A stretch of DNA of 64,000 nucleotides, taken from NCBI GenBank assembly GCA_963727775.1, contig CAVSHB010000002.1, forward strand, positions 800,001 through 864,000, written 5' to 3'. Numbering within the stretch: position 1 is the first letter of the stretch; each line of letters starts with the position of its first letter. The notes beneath the pieces were generated by a model. That model ran no database searches, had not been told where the DNA came from, and saw only the letters and a list, made by a program, of their open reading frames with translations. Below are positions 22,629 through 33,297 of the stretch, piece after piece. The position numbers and the translations under genes are program-made. The DNA comes from an uncultured Nitrospiraceae bacterium. Lineage in GTDB: Bacteria; Nitrospirota; Thermodesulfovibrionia; Thermodesulfovibrionales; SM23-35.

Positions 22629-24722
22629 ATGCATGATTTAAATCCCCAGCAGAAAGAAGCTCTAATTTATACCGACAGTCCTTTGATGGTTTTTGCAGGC
22701 GCGGGAAGCGGGAAGACAAAGGTCATCGCTCACAAGTTCTCTTATCTGAATAAAGCAAAGAAATTTCCACGTGATTCCATCTTAACCGTTAACTATACGA
22801 ATAAGGCGTCTGACGAGATGAAGGAGCGGATAAACGGTATTCTCGACAAAGACCTTAACGGCGCCTGGATCGGCACCTTTCATTCACAGTGTAACAGGAT
22901 ACTTCGTAAGGAAATTAAGGCACTTGGTTATAATAATAATTTTTCAATCTATGATGAAGATGACCAGTGCAGCCTGATCAGGCATATATTAAAAGAATTC
23001 AAGATATATGAAGCCCTCTATAAAGGGATAGCATCGCGCATAAGTTTTCTTAAATCTTCCTTAATAAGTCCTGAGAAATTTCTTTCATCAGGAGACGGTT
23101 TCGGTTTCGATGAGAAACTGGCGAAGGTTTATGTCAGGTACCAGGATGATCTAAAGCGCAGCAACTCAATCGATTTCGATGACCTTATTATGATGACGGT
23201 GCAATTGTTCGAAAACCATCCAAAACTGCTTGAAAGATACCAGGAAAAGTTCTCCTATATACTCGTAGATGAGTTCCAGGATACCAACTTCGCGCAATAT
23301 GAACTCCTTAAACTCCTTGCCTCGGGTCACAGGAAGGTATGTGTTGTCGGAGACGATGACCAGAGCATATACAAGTTCAGGGGGGCAAATATAAACAACA
23401 TGCTCAATTTCGGGAATGATTTCCCCGGAGCAAAATTGTTAAAACTGGAACAAAACTACCGTTCGACCCAGTATATACTGAATGTTTCAGAAGCTGTTAT
23501 TTCACAGAATTCCAGGAGGAAACACAAAAAGCTGTGGACGGACAGGGGAGCAGGAGAGAAGGCGCATTTTTGCTGGCTGAACACGTATGAAGATGAAGCC
23601 AGATACATTGCCAAGGTTATAAAAGAATATTACCTGAAGGGAATATATAATTACAGGGACTTTGCAGTATTTTACCGGGTCAACCTTCAGTCCCGTATAC
23701 TCGAAGACGCATTGCGTGATGAGGGCCTTCCTTACCGGGTCGTCGGGAGCGTCAGTTTTTATCAGAGGAAGGAAATTAAGGACATAATTGCATATATGCG
23801 GGTATCGGTGAACAACGGAGACAACGTCAGCTTCAGAAGGGTCATAAACAATCCGCCCCGGGGGGTAGCCGCTTCTGTCCTGGCAAAGATAGAGCATGAG
23901 GCTAAGAAGAAGTCCTTGTCTTTATTTGATGCGCTGAAGACGGTGCTGCGCACCGGCAATATTAACAGTGCGGTTAAAGACAAAATTACCGAATTTATCA
24001 AAATGGTAGATGGTTTTACTGCTGCAAAACACAGATCCGCTGGGGATATGATTATAAATATACTTGAAAAATCCGGTTATGCGGAGACCCTGAAGGAGGA
24101 GAAAGCAAAGAATATTGAAGAGCTTCTCCTTGCCGCGGAAGGGAAGGACGTAAAGGAATTTCTCGACAAGGTATCGTTGTTCACAAATATGGATGAAGGG
24201 TGCGGAGTAGATTGTGTTTCACTTATGATATTGCACAATGCAAAGGGGCTTGAATTCCCTGCGGTATTTATTACGGGACTTGAAGAGGGGGTCCTGCCAT
24301 ACTGTAAAGCGATGAACCATGAAGACGAAATAGCCGAAGAGCGCAGGCTGTTTTACGTGGGTATGACCAGGGCAAAAGACGTCCTTTGGATGACGGGCGC
24401 AAGCAAAAGACGGTTGTACGCCAAAATGCAGGAGCAGGAGCCTTCAAGGTTTTTGAAAGATATACCAAAAGAATTTTGCCAGTGGATGGAAAAGATAACT
24501 GGCCATAGAATGATAAAGATTTCACCCGTAAAGAAGATGCTTAACCACCGGAACGCATTCTCGGTATACGCTGCCGGTTGCAGGGTAAAACATCCTTCCT
24601 GGGGAGTCGGTGTTGTGAGGGACTGTTGCGGAGACGGGGATGACGTTAAGGTCATGGTCAACTTCGCGAATTTCGGTGTGAAAAGACTTGCCGTGCGATT
24701 TGCAAATCTGGAAAAAATATAG
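22629..24722 (+). CDS. uvrD: UvrD/PcrA SF1 helicase
   Basis: AGAGSGKT, DEFQD, GDDDQSIY, NYRS, HNAKGLEF, EERRLFYVGMTRA, C-terminal tudor-like domain. Confidence 0.92.
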   Translation: MHDLNPQQKEALIYTDSPLMVFAGAGSGKTKVIAHKFSYLNKAKKFPRDSILTVNYTNKASDEMKERINGILDKDLNGAWIGTFHSQCNRILRKEIKALGYNNNFSIYDEDDQCSLIRHILKEFKIYEALYKGIASRISFLKSSLISPEKFLSSGDGFGFDEKLAKVYVRYQDDLKRSNSIDFDDLIMMTVQLFENHPKLLERYQEKFSYILVDEFQDTNFAQYELLKLLASGHRKVCVVGDDDQSIYKFRGANINNMLNFGNDFPGAKLLKLEQNYRSTQYILNVSEAVISQNSRRKHKKLWTDRGAGEKAHFCWLNTYEDEARYIAKVIKEYYLKGIYNYRDFAVFYRVNLQSRILEDALRDEGLPYRVVGSVSFYQRKEIKDIIAYMRVSVNNGDNVSFRRVINNPPRGVAASVLAKIEHEAKKKSLSLFDALKTVLRTGNINSAVKDKITEFIKMVDGFTAAKHRSAGDMIINILEKSGYAETLKEEKAKNIEELLLAAEGKDVKEFLDKVSLFTNMDEGCGVDCVSLMILHNAKGLEFPAVFITGLEEGVLPYCKAMNHEDEIAEERRLFYVGMTRAKDVLWMTGASKRRLYAKMQEQEPSRFLKDIPKEFCQWMEKITGHRMIKISPVKKMLNHRNAFSVYAAGCRVKHPSWGVGVVRDCCGDGDDVKVMVNFANFGVKRLAVRFANLEKI

Positions 24723-24733
24723 AAACAGTCTCG

Positions 24734-25021
24734 ATGCAGATAACGAAAGAAGAAATTGAACACATTGCCGTACTGGCGAGGCTGTGCCTTTCGGAAGAAG
24801 AAAAGGAGTTATTCGTCTTACAACTGAGCAGCATCCTCGATTATGTGGAAAAACTCAACGAGCTTGATACAAAGGATATAGAACCGACTTCACATGTCCT
24901 GTCTTTGAACAATGTCATGCGTGATGACTTGCAGGCCGCCTCGCTGCATAGAGAAGACGCCATGGTCAATGCGCCCTCCCACACAGAAAAATTCTACCGT
25001 GTACCGAAGATAATAGAGTAA
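24734..25021 (+). CDS. gatC: Asp/Glu-tRNA amidotransferase subunit C
   Basis: HIAVLARL, LNELDT, PTSH, MRDD, VPKIIE. Confidence 0.96.
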   Translation: MQITKEEIEHIAVLARLCLSEEEKELFVLQLSSILDYVEKLNELDTKDIEPTSHVLSLNNVMRDDLQAASLHREDAMVNAPSHTEKFYRVPKIIE

Positions 25022-25041
25022 AGAAAGGGTCGAAAAACATT

Positions 25042-25392
25042 ATGTTGCGTTGCATATTAAGAGCAAAAATACATATGGCCACAGTTACAGAGTCAAACCT
25101 CTCCTATGAGGGCAGTATTACCGTAGACGATGCAATCCTCAGGAAATCCGGGATAATCCCTTACGAACAGGTGATGATAAGTAATCTCAATAACGGAGAG
25201 CGGTTCGAAACGTATATAATTCCCGGCAAGAAAGGTGAGATATGTCTGAACGGCCCTACTGCGCGAAAGGGCATTGTCGGAGATAAAATTATAATCTTCT
25301 GTTACAGTTACGTAGAGGACGGCAAGCTGAGTAAGTTCAAACCTAAGATAGTCCGCCTAAATGAAGAGAATAAAATCCTCGGGAATAAATAG
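25042..25392 (+). CDS. panD: Aspartate 1-decarboxylase
   Basis: KIH.ATVT, YEGSITVD self-cleavage site, NGERFETY, ICLNG. Confidence 0.95.
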   Translation: MLRCILRAKIHMATVTESNLSYEGSITVDDAILRKSGIIPYEQVMISNLNNGERFETYIIPGKKGEICLNGPTARKGIVGDKIIIFCYSYVEDGKLSKFKPKIVRLNEENKILGNK

Positions 25393-25500
25393 CGTTCCTT
25401 ACCTAACCAGCTTGTAACCTCCTTCCTGTTCCCATCGTCTTTAACAGAAAGAGGTGAAGTCATGAAGAAATGTATCGAATGGGAGTAACAAAGTAAAGAC

Positions 25501-26064
25501 ATGAGCGCCTCTATGGAGGTATCAACCGACGAACACCTTATTAAGGCCACCCTGTCCGGAGATGATGAGGCGTTTACCGAATTGGTCCGGCGGCACAAAA
25601 GCAGGGTGTTCAGGATTGCCGCCCGTATTGTAAGGAGTAATTATGAGCTTGATGATGTCTGTCAGGAAATATTTCTTAAGGTGTATCAAAACATGAGAAA
25701 ATACCGGGGGGACGCTCCGTTCGAGCACTGGTTGACGAAAATAACTGTCAATGCGTGTTATGACAATCTCCGCAAGCAGCGCCGCGAGGGTAATAATGTG
25801 CCCTTGGATGATGTCATCATGTCAATCGGAGACCCTGCATGGGAAAAAGAGACTTCAGGCAAGGATGCCTGGAAGATTCTTAAGCATGCTTTGACTAAAT
25901 TGCGTCCTGATGACCGGCTCGTAATTACTTTGCTGAATCTGGAGGAGAAGTCGGTGCGCGAAGTCTCGAGCTTGACCGGGTGGAGCGAGGCAAAGGTGAA
26001 GGTGCGTGCGTTCAGAGCACGGAAGGAACTTAAAAGGATATTGGAGGGCGAAAATGGAAACTGA
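25501..26064 (+). CDS. ECF sigma factor
   Basis: GDDEAFTELV, DDVCQEIF, FEHWL, VKVRAFRAR. Confidence 0.93.
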   Translation: MSASMEVSTDEHLIKATLSGDDEAFTELVRRHKSRVFRIAARIVRSNYELDDVCQEIFLKVYQNMRKYRGDAPFEHWLTKITVNACYDNLRKQRREGNNVPLDDVIMSIGDPAWEKETSGKDAWKILKHALTKLRPDDRLVITLLNLEEKSVREVSSLTGWSEAKVKVRAFRARKELKRILEGENGN

Positions 26065-26362
26065 TTCAAATAATGAGAAGATTGACAGGCTTATTGCAAC
26101 TGCGCGGAAAGCCGCGCCATACAGAACGGAAATGGAGAACGGATTTGAAACCCGCCTGATGGCGAATATCCGGGCTAAGCGTGAACGTCAGTCGCCGTTT
26201 CTTATATGGGAGTGGCGACTCATTCCTGTTTTTGTTTCTATTGTTATCTTCCTGGGGATTTGGGTCTATTCATCAAGATATAGTTCCATGCCTGATCTGA
26301 GTGCGATAACCGGGCTTGGCAGCGAAGAGACCACTATGGTGGCTTTTTTAACAGGTGAATGA
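26054..26362 (+). CDS. Small membrane protein, probable anti-sigma factor
   Basis: Overlaps the ECF stop; GFETRLMA motif and one TM segment. Confidence 0.7.
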   Translation: METDSNNEKIDRLIATARKAAPYRTEMENGFETRLMANIRAKRERQSPFLIWEWRLIPVFVSIVIFLGIWVYSSRYSSMPDLSAITGLGSEETTMVAFLTGE

Positions 26363-26753
26363 GATGAAAAAATGGAAAGCGATAATCAGCGTCATACTTA
26401 TATTCCTGCTTGGTTCACTGGCGGGCGCATTGGTAACGCACAAAATTTACCAGCACAGGATAGGTAGCATTCTTAAAGGTGAAACGAGGCCGATGAGTGA
26501 AATGATAGTCCGGAGGCTGGACCATGAGCTGCATCTTGACCCAACCCAGTTGGAACAGTTGCGTGCGATAGTGAAGGAGACACATGAAGAAATGAAGAAT
26601 GTTCGCAGGCAATTCAGACCCCAGACAGAACAGATCTTCGCTCGTTCTCAGAACAGAATCCGGGCGATATTGCGTCCTGATCAGCTTGAGAAGTATGAAA
26701 AGATAATCGCGGAACGAAAGAAGAGAAGGGAGAACGATGAGAACAGTAAATAA
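26355..26753 (+). CDS. Membrane-anchored Spy/ZraP-like periplasmic protein
   Basis: N-terminal TM, LHLDPTQ and ILRPDQ (LTxxQ-like) motifs. Confidence 0.7.
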   Translation: MNEMKKWKAIISVILIFLLGSLAGALVTHKIYQHRIGSILKGETRPMSEMIVRRLDHELHLDPTQLEQLRAIVKETHEEMKNVRRQFRPQTEQIFARSQNRIRAILRPDQLEKYEKIIAERKKRRENDENSK

Positions 26754-27137
26754 CTATTGAACCCGTTTTCGTTGGCAGCTGCTCTCCAGTGCGTGTTTTA
26801 TATTCAATAAAACCTTATCTCTTTCGAGCGGCTTTTCGATGTATCTACACGCTCCCTTTCGAACTGCTTCTTTAATTGAAAACATATCACCGAAAGCAGA
26901 CATGATAATTATTTCCGGTGCATACGTTTGAGAGCTGAGCCTTTTCATGAGGTCTATTCCGTCCATCTCTTTCATGAAAAAATCCGTCATGACTAGATCA
27001 AACTTTAATCTCTTTGCAAGACTTAATGCTTCCTCAGCCGATAGTGCAACATGAGTCTCGTATCCTTCATCCGAAAGGATGACTTTGAGGATATTCGCCT
27101 GCAAAGGATCATCGTCCACAATAAGAATAACTGCCAT
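26754..27137 (-). CDS. Single-domain response regulator
   Basis: ILIVDDD, DLVMTD, MDGIDL, EKP. Confidence 0.9.
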   Translation of the reverse strand: MAVILIVDDDPLQANILKVILSDEGYETHVALSAEEALSLAKRLKFDLVMTDFFMKEMDGIDLMKRLSSQTYAPEIIIMSAFGDMFSIKEAVRKGACRYIEKPLERDKVLLNIKHALESSCQRKRVQ

Positions 27138-27227
27138 AAGAAATCTCCTCTTAAGTCAGATCGTCGCTCTGTCATTTCAAATTCACTTCCATAAAAGCGC
27201 CCCCATGTATAAAGAAAGGCTCTTAAT

Positions 27228-28861
27228 CCTAAAAAAAGCAGTTAGAGATCATGCCACACCAGTTTGAGGGAGCAATTTCCCTGAATTTATGTTCAAAGGG
27301 CCGATGATTTTTCTAAAAGCATGCATTGCTACAATCCTCATCCGCTCAGCGATATTCAACTGCTCCGCAGTGGTCCTAATATCCCCGAGGAACAGTGATA
27401 GTCGTAACAATGCTCCCCGCACCTTTTCAGCCTTTGCATGAGGACTGGTAATAGTCAGAAAAGTCTGTCCCCCATGTTTTGTCTGTTTCGCAACTGCGTG
27501 TAACAGCAACGGTCTGCTCGTTATTGCCTCATGATGTTTATTTGGATTGGCCAGGCGCACAAACAGCGACCACCAGTTATATACAAGAGCTACCATGCGA
27601 CTAATCATGCGGCATCGCTTCAAATCCTTTGTCGTATATCCGCCCCAGCCCCACTGATTCTTTAACTCGTCAAAGATATTTTCACTGTCTGCACGATCCC
27701 GGTAATGCTGTGCAATACTTGATACCTCATCAGAAAGAGAAGTCACCAGCACCGTGTACTCATACTTAGCCACTCCCCCTTGTGTCTCGATGAAACTCAT
27801 CTCCATTTGATCTTTCCCTTTTTTCTGCAAAAGAATATCCCCAGGTATAGGTCGGCGCAGCACGATCACCCGGCGACTACGGCTCCACCCAAATAACTTC
27901 AGCTCTGACTCCATTCCATAGTATCCGGCACCGGCTTTTACCCATTCTTCCATCTCAAACATTCTCTCGATCAATCTTTTTACATTCTTCGTAATCCTCA
28001 GCTTTGTGACATAATGTATACTACGTTTTTCTGCCTCTGATAACACTCCCTCTACTCCAAACGCTATATCTCCACGGATGAAGGCCGGCCGATTATCCCG
28101 GGGAATACTCTCTACCAATTCCCATAATCCAGCCGTGCTGTGACTCGATGCGGTCTCATTGCCCGCCTTCACTTCTACCTTTAACGCTAATCGTGTGTTT
28201 GCCATAAAATAACTGTGGTAACTGTGTGAGGGCCGCCCAGGTTTCTTAGGATTATATCCCACAACTGCCCCCTCTTGTTTGCCATACAGACACTTTACCG
28301 TCGTGTCCGTATCAAGTATCCAGGAGGGGCCTGATACTGCCGATAATACAGGCATCGTGCAGCGTGCAAGCTCTGATTCAAGCCATTGTATCCCAGTCCC
28401 TTCTTCTATCTGCAATAAGGCCCGACGCGCCGCATCTTCACTGATTATCTTATCCATCCCCAATAACTCGGGATTCACTCCATCACTTCGTATCGCTGCG
28501 ATATGTGCATATCGCTTATGTCCCGCAAGTATCGAAAGCATGAGAGTGCCTAACACGTTTCTCTTCTTCGGCGCATTCGGGCTGCTATAGGAGAGGGGAC
28601 ACTCTTTTACAAAGGAATCAAACAACCCGCTGACTTTCAGAAATTCTATGAAAAATGGCAACTGCCCCAATGGGGTAACAGCTGCATCAGGGTCCCATTC
28701 TACGTGTATCTTCCCCGCATATGTATCAATTCCTACTGAGTTGCTCCTTGCTATCGCACGCCGTTTTGCCTCACCCATTAGGTGAACCCTCCTGCCACTC
28801 TTTTTCCGTTTATTATTGCATGCTTCGCCCCTTATGTGTATCCCGTACCGCTTTTTTTAGG
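27228..28861 (-). mobile_element. IS1380-family insertion sequence
   Basis: Inverted ends cctaaaaaaagcagt / cctaaaaaaagcggt; 5-bp duplication TTAAT at 27223-27227 and 28862-28866. Confidence 0.88.
27249..28778 (-). CDS. IS1380-family DDE transposase
   Basis: LDTDTT..YGKQEG..GYNP, RGDIAF, YRDRADSENIFDELK, LVYNW. Confidence 0.88.
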   Translation of the reverse strand: MGEAKRRAIARSNSVGIDTYAGKIHVEWDPDAAVTPLGQLPFFIEFLKVSGLFDSFVKECPLSYSSPNAPKKRNVLGTLMLSILAGHKRYAHIAAIRSDGVNPELLGMDKIISEDAARRALLQIEEGTGIQWLESELARCTMPVLSAVSGPSWILDTDTTVKCLYGKQEGAVVGYNPKKPGRPSHSYHSYFMANTRLALKVEVKAGNETASSHSTAGLWELVESIPRDNRPAFIRGDIAFGVEGVLSEAEKRSIHYVTKLRITKNVKRLIERMFEMEEWVKAGAGYYGMESELKLFGWSRSRRVIVLRRPIPGDILLQKKGKDQMEMSFIETQGGVAKYEYTVLVTSLSDEVSSIAQHYRDRADSENIFDELKNQWGWGGYTTKDLKRCRMISRMVALVYNWWSLFVRLANPNKHHEAITSRPLLLHAVAKQTKHGGQTFLTITSPHAKAEKVRGALLRLSLFLGDIRTTAEQLNIAERMRIVAMHAFRKIIGPLNINSGKLLPQTGVA

Positions 28862-29027
28862 TTAATAGAAGTGGCAGCCAGTCTATTAGGGGGGAGACTG
28901 GCTGCCAGGCAAATGAGGCAATTCAAAGATTATGGGGTTAAACCATCTTTGCCTCTGGACTCCAAAAAATATCTGTTATTTCGATAGCATAGTCTTCAGT
29001 TTGCAAATTCTTAAGAAGATTCCATCT

Positions 29028-29573
29028 TCAATGGTGCACATGCCCTTTTTCCGGCTTCACCCGCTCTTTTTGTTCGCAAGATGGATACATTCCCATCCCA
29101 TCGTGTTCCCATCTCCCGTGTTTCTTTAAATTTCTTTTAAATTTCTTTTTTTGTTCGGGCGTCAATTGCGACTTGACCTCCTCAATCGCTTTTATGCGCG
29201 ATAAGCGTATATCTGTAACTATCGCGGCTATCTGATTCAACTTTGTCTCAACTCCATTCATATCCACCGGATCTTTATGAAGGATTTCCTTCAATTCTAC
29301 TCTGGCAATCTGGAGATCAGCCCTTTTCCTGATAGTATCCTTCCTCACCTTACTTTCGATCTCCTTTATCGCGTCTTCTTGTTTTTCATTAAGGTCGAGT
29401 CCTTTGAACTGCCTCCATATATGGGTCTCAGCCCACATCATCCTTCCCATGTCCCGGTGTTTCATTCCTGCCTTCATGGGCATCCCATCTCCGCACATCT
29501 CAGCAAACGAATTCTGTGATGCAAAGACCAAGAACAGAAAACCCAAACACAAACTGCTTAAGATCCTTTTCAT
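29028..29573 (-). CDS. Spy/CpxP/ZraP family periplasmic chaperone
   Basis: Signal peptide, Met/His/Gly-rich segment, LDLNEKQ and LTPEQ motifs. Confidence 0.85.
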   Translation of the reverse strand: MKRILSSLCLGFLFLVFASQNSFAEMCGDGMPMKAGMKHRDMGRMMWAETHIWRQFKGLDLNEKQEDAIKEIESKVRKDTIRKRADLQIARVELKEILHKDPVDMNGVETKLNQIAAIVTDIRLSRIKAIEEVKSQLTPEQKKKFKRNLKKHGRWEHDGMGMYPSCEQKERVKPEKGHVHH

Positions 29574-29849
29574 ATAAACCTCCTTTCATTTTTCCCGGAA
29601 TTCCGGATAAATCTTAGGTGTGCCTACCTCTTAGGCTCCTTCTTTAATTTAAAGACGATGAGTACAGGAGGATGGTTACATCCCCAAATGATGCGCAAGG
29701 CAGCAGAGGACCACGCGGTGGTCGCTCACGAGGGTTTTACAAATTATATAGGAGATGTTGTATTATATGAATCTGAGGATGAGGGAAAATTAAGGTGAAA
29801 AGTATCCTAAATAATACAGGCTCATCTATGTCCTTTTAAGGCCGGTTCC

Positions 29850-31223
29850 ATGGGTGAAGAAACGGGAATAACACCGATGTCATACCGGGCATGGTTTCAG
29901 TGTATCAACGACGAGTGCAGGGCTAACTATCCTCTCAATTCGATTATTTATCGTTGTGAGACTTGCGGCTCGCTGCTGGAAGTGCGGCACGACCTCCAGG
30001 CCCTTGCGCAACGCGACTCCAAGGCATGGATGAAGCTGTTTGAGGACCGCTACAAATCCAATGAGTGGCCCTTCGGCTCCGGCGTATGGGGGAAAAAGGA
30101 ATGGGTCCTGCCGCAGATCGCGAACGAAAACATAGTCTCATTGTACGAGGGCGGCACCAACCTTTTCTGGGCGGAGAGGTTCGGCAAAATACTTGGTCTG
30201 GAGGACCTCTGGGTCAAGCTCTGCGGCAACTCCCACAGCGGCTCGTTTAAGGACCTCGGCATGACAGTGCTGGTATCTCAGGTCAAACAGATGATAAGCG
30301 AAGGCGCGCCGATACAGGCCGTTGCCTGCGCGTCCACAGGAGACACCTCCGCCGCTTTGGCTGTTTACTGCGCTGCTGCCGGCATTCAGTCTGTTGTATT
30401 ACTCCCGAAGGGTAAGATCTCGATCGCGCAGCTCGTCCAGCCGATCGCCAATGGCTCATTGGTATTATCGCTGGACACCGACTTCGACGGCTGCATGCGG
30501 GTCGTCCAGGAAATTACTAAGGATGAGACGATCTACCTGGCGAATTCGATGAACTCTTTACGCATTGAAGGACAGAAGACCGTCGGCGTTGAGATCGTCC
30601 AGCAGTTTGACTGGGAGACCCCTGACGTGATCATTATCCCCGGCGGTAACCTCGGGAATGTTTCTGCGCTCGGCAACGGCATGCTTATGATGCGTGATCT
30701 CGGTTTAATAACCAGGCTGCCGCGCATCGTTGTCGCCCAGGCCGAGCGGGCTAATCCGCTGTACCGTTCATACCTGAATAACTTCGAGACCTTCGAGCCG
30801 ATGGAGGCACAGAAGACACTGGCCAGCGCAATACAGATCGGCAATCCGGTCAGCATAAAGAAGGCCATCCGCACGCTGAAGCAGTTCAGCGGCATTGTCG
30901 AGCAGGCAACGGAACAGGAACTGGCCGATGCCGCTGCGCTCGGCGACACCGCCGGTATGTTTAATTGTCCTCACACCGGAGTCGCCCTGGCAGCTTTGAT
31001 CAAACTGCTTAAGGCAGGCAAGATTGACAAGTCCGAACGCGTTGTGGTCATTTCGACGGCGCACGGGCTGAAGTTCACCGACTTCAAGGTCCGCTACCAC
31101 GAAGAGGCCCTGGAATTCACGTGCCGCTTCGCCAATAAACCGATCGAGCTGCCGCCCCGCGTGGATGCGGTCAAGGAAGCTCTCCGGCAAGCTCTGCAGC
31201 AAAGGAGAAATACTAATGTCTAA
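29850..31223 (+). CDS. thrC: Threonine synthase (plant-type)
   Basis: [11 protein letters not shown] lysine, [35 protein letters not shown]. Confidence 0.95.
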   Translation: MGEETGITPMSYRAWFQCINDECRANYPLNSIIYRCETCGSLLEVRHDLQALAQRDSKAWMKLFEDRYKSNEWPFGSGVWGKKEWVLPQIANENIVSLYEGGTNLFWAERFGKILGLEDLWVKLCGNSHSGSFKDLGMTVLVSQVKQMISEGAPIQAVACASTGDTSAALAVYCAAAGIQSVVLLPKGKISIAQLVQPIANGSLVLSLDTDFDGCMRVVQEITKDETIYLANSMNSLRIEGQKTVGVEIVQQFDWETPDVIIIPGGNLGNVSALGNGMLMMRDLGLITRLPRIVVAQAERANPLYRSYLNNFETFEPMEAQKTLASAIQIGNPVSIKKAIRTLKQFSGIVEQATEQELADAAALGDTAGMFNCPHTGVALAALIKLLKAGKIDKSERVVVISTAHGLKFTDFKVRYHEEALEFTCRFANKPIELPPRVDAVKEALRQALQQRRNTNV

Positions 31224-32424
31224 AAAATCATCAAGCGCGAGGAATTGGAAACCTGCTACACTCGCAATTCACGGCTTAGGCCGTACCCCTAAAGCTCATT
31301 ACGCGGTCTCAACGCCGATTGTACAGACCTCCAACTACTACTTCGATTCCACGGCCCAGGTGCTGGAGTTTATGAAGGCCAAGAGCAAGGGACGGGTGGT
31401 ACGTGAACACGAATACGGCCGCTACGGAAACCCGACACAGCAGGAATGCGAAAGGAAACTGGCGGCTATCGAGGGCGCTGAGCGGGCACTGCTTTTCTCT
31501 ACCGGCATGAGCGCGGTGATCCTGACTATATTGGCATACATGCGGCGCGACGGCCACATCATATTCACCAACGACTGCTACCGCCAGACGCGCGATTTTG
31601 CGACGAACATGCTGTCCGAGTTCGGGATACAGGTCTCTTTGGTAGACCCGAATGCCGGGGCCATCGCCGAAGCGATCCGGCCCAATACCAACATCATCTT
31701 TACAGAATCACCGACCAATCCATACCTGCGTGTGATGGACATCCCCGCGGTTGTAAAAGTCGCAAAGAAGCACGGCGCGATGACCATCATTGACGCTACC
31801 ATGGCCACGCCGTACAACATCAAGCCGATAGAATTGGGTGTGGACATCGTTGTGCACTCCGCCACCAAGTATCTCGGCGGCCACAACGACTTATTGGCCG
31901 GAGTTGCCCTCGGCGGGCACAACATGCTGAACAGCCTTAACCGTATACAGCGGATGATCGGCGCAACCCCCGGACCGTTCACCTGCTTTCTGCTCGAAAG
32001 GGGACTGAAGAGCTTTGCGCTCCGCATGGAGCAGCATAACCGGGCGGGATTGGCCATAGCCCGCATGCTGGAGTCCCACCCGAAGATTTCAAAGATCTGG
32101 TACCCCGGGTTGAAGTCGCACCCGGACCACCGTACCGCCGCAAAACAAATGCGCGGCTTCGGCAGTGTGATCACCTTCCTGGTCAAAGGCGGCGACAGGG
32201 AAACGCGCAGGTTTATAGATTCGCTGGAGCTTTTCCTTATTACGCCCAGCCTTGGAGGAACGGAAAGCCTGGTGACGCAGATGGCGCCGATGTCGTTCTT
32301 TGATTACCCCGAGGAATACCGCCGATCTATCGGCATGGTGGACAACCTGGTCCGCATCGCGCTGGGGCTGGAAGATGTGGACGACTTAATCGCCGACCTG
32401 AAGCACGCGCTGGATAAGATATGA
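31216..32424 (+). CDS. metB: Cystathionine gamma-synthase-like PLP enzyme (plant CGS-like)
   Basis: [55 protein letters not shown] before ATG 31216. Confidence 0.82.
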   Translation: MSKKSSSARNWKPATLAIHGLGRTPKAHYAVSTPIVQTSNYYFDSTAQVLEFMKAKSKGRVVREHEYGRYGNPTQQECERKLAAIEGAERALLFSTGMSAVILTILAYMRRDGHIIFTNDCYRQTRDFATNMLSEFGIQVSLVDPNAGAIAEAIRPNTNIIFTESPTNPYLRVMDIPAVVKVAKKHGAMTIIDATMATPYNIKPIELGVDIVVHSATKYLGGHNDLLAGVALGGHNMLNSLNRIQRMIGATPGPFTCFLLERGLKSFALRMEQHNRAGLAIARMLESHPKISKIWYPGLKSHPDHRTAAKQMRGFGSVITFLVKGGDRETRRFIDSLELFLITPSLGGTESLVTQMAPMSFFDYPEEYRRSIGMVDNLVRIALGLEDVDDLIADLKHALDKI

Positions 32425-32490
32425 ACCGGCCTTCACTGTTTATCTGAATTCGTCGTTTGATCTTAACCCTTTAGTGGAGCGTGGTGAAAT

Positions 32491-32569
32491 CATAACCCCT
32501 CCTTACCTCCCCTTATCTTAAGGGGAGGAAGAACCCCCTCTTAAGGTAAGAGGGGCTTGGGGAGTTATG
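32491..32569. repeat. REP/MITE-like double-hairpin repeat, family A copy 1
   Basis: Palindromic ctccccttatcttaaggggag and cccctcttaaggtaagagggg; inverted homolog at 42020-42101. Confidence 0.75.
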
Positions 32570-32612
32570 TTCCCCGGTCTACTGAAGCCTTACGTTGACC
32601 CCCTCTTTTTTA

Positions 32613-32670
32613 TTGACATAAGATATTTGTTTATTTATACTGAACATAGGTTCACGTGAACAAGCGTTCA
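32613..32670 (+). promoter_or_regulatory. tetR promoter with tandem palindromic operators
   Basis: TTGACA-N17-TATACT; TGAAC-N4-GTTCA at 32641-32654 and 32657-32670. Confidence 0.75.
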
Positions 32671-33240
32671 AGCATAGAGTCGAGAAAAAGAATTATTCAT
32701 GCCGCTATGAATGTCTTCTCCAGGCACGGATACGCAAAGGCGAATATCCGGGAGATTGCGAAGAGGGCGGGAATAAGCGTGGGCGGTGTCTATCTGCACT
32801 TTAAGAACAAAGAGGACCTTTATCGGAGCCTTATCAACGAGGGCAGGAGGGATATGGGCGAAAGGATCGAGGCGGCGGTTGAGCAGACCCAATCCGCCAC
32901 TCAAGCTCTATCGAATTTCTTCAAACTCTATTTTGAGTATGCGGTGAGCCATAAGGAATTTATCCTTCTTCATATCAGAGAACATGGATTTACCTTCGGT
33001 ATGGATGAGAAAAGACAGTTTTTCAGCAAACAGAGGAAATTGGTAGAGCGGATCATTCGGAGAGGTATCCGCTCGGATGAATTCAGAAAATGCAACTCCG
33101 GGGACATGGCAAAGGTCATCATGGGTTCGCTGAGAGGCATTACACTCTCGGTGGCAGTGGATGACGATGTGATTATTACCCCTGGGATGATTAATGAATT
33201 TATATTGGAAGGCCTGCGGAAAAAGGACAGCAATAAATAA
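32656..33240 (+). CDS. TetR/AcrR family regulator
   Basis: FSRHGY..NIREIAKRAGISVGGVYLHFKNKEDL. Confidence 0.95.
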   Translation: MNKRSSIESRKRIIHAAMNVFSRHGYAKANIREIAKRAGISVGGVYLHFKNKEDLYRSLINEGRRDMGERIEAAVEQTQSATQALSNFFKLYFEYAVSHKEFILLHIREHGFTFGMDEKRQFFSKQRKLVERIIRRGIRSDEFRKCNSGDMAKVIMGSLRGITLSVAVDDDVIITPGMINEFILEGLRKKDSNK

Positions 33241-33297
33241 TTGCATAATTGACGAATTTGTAAAAAGGCAATATTTGCCGCAGAGTACACAGAGAAC

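Noticed and set aside
29574..29849. SAM riboswitch or T-box upstream of thrC-metB
   Set aside because: Only short palindromes; no SAM-I or T-box consensus
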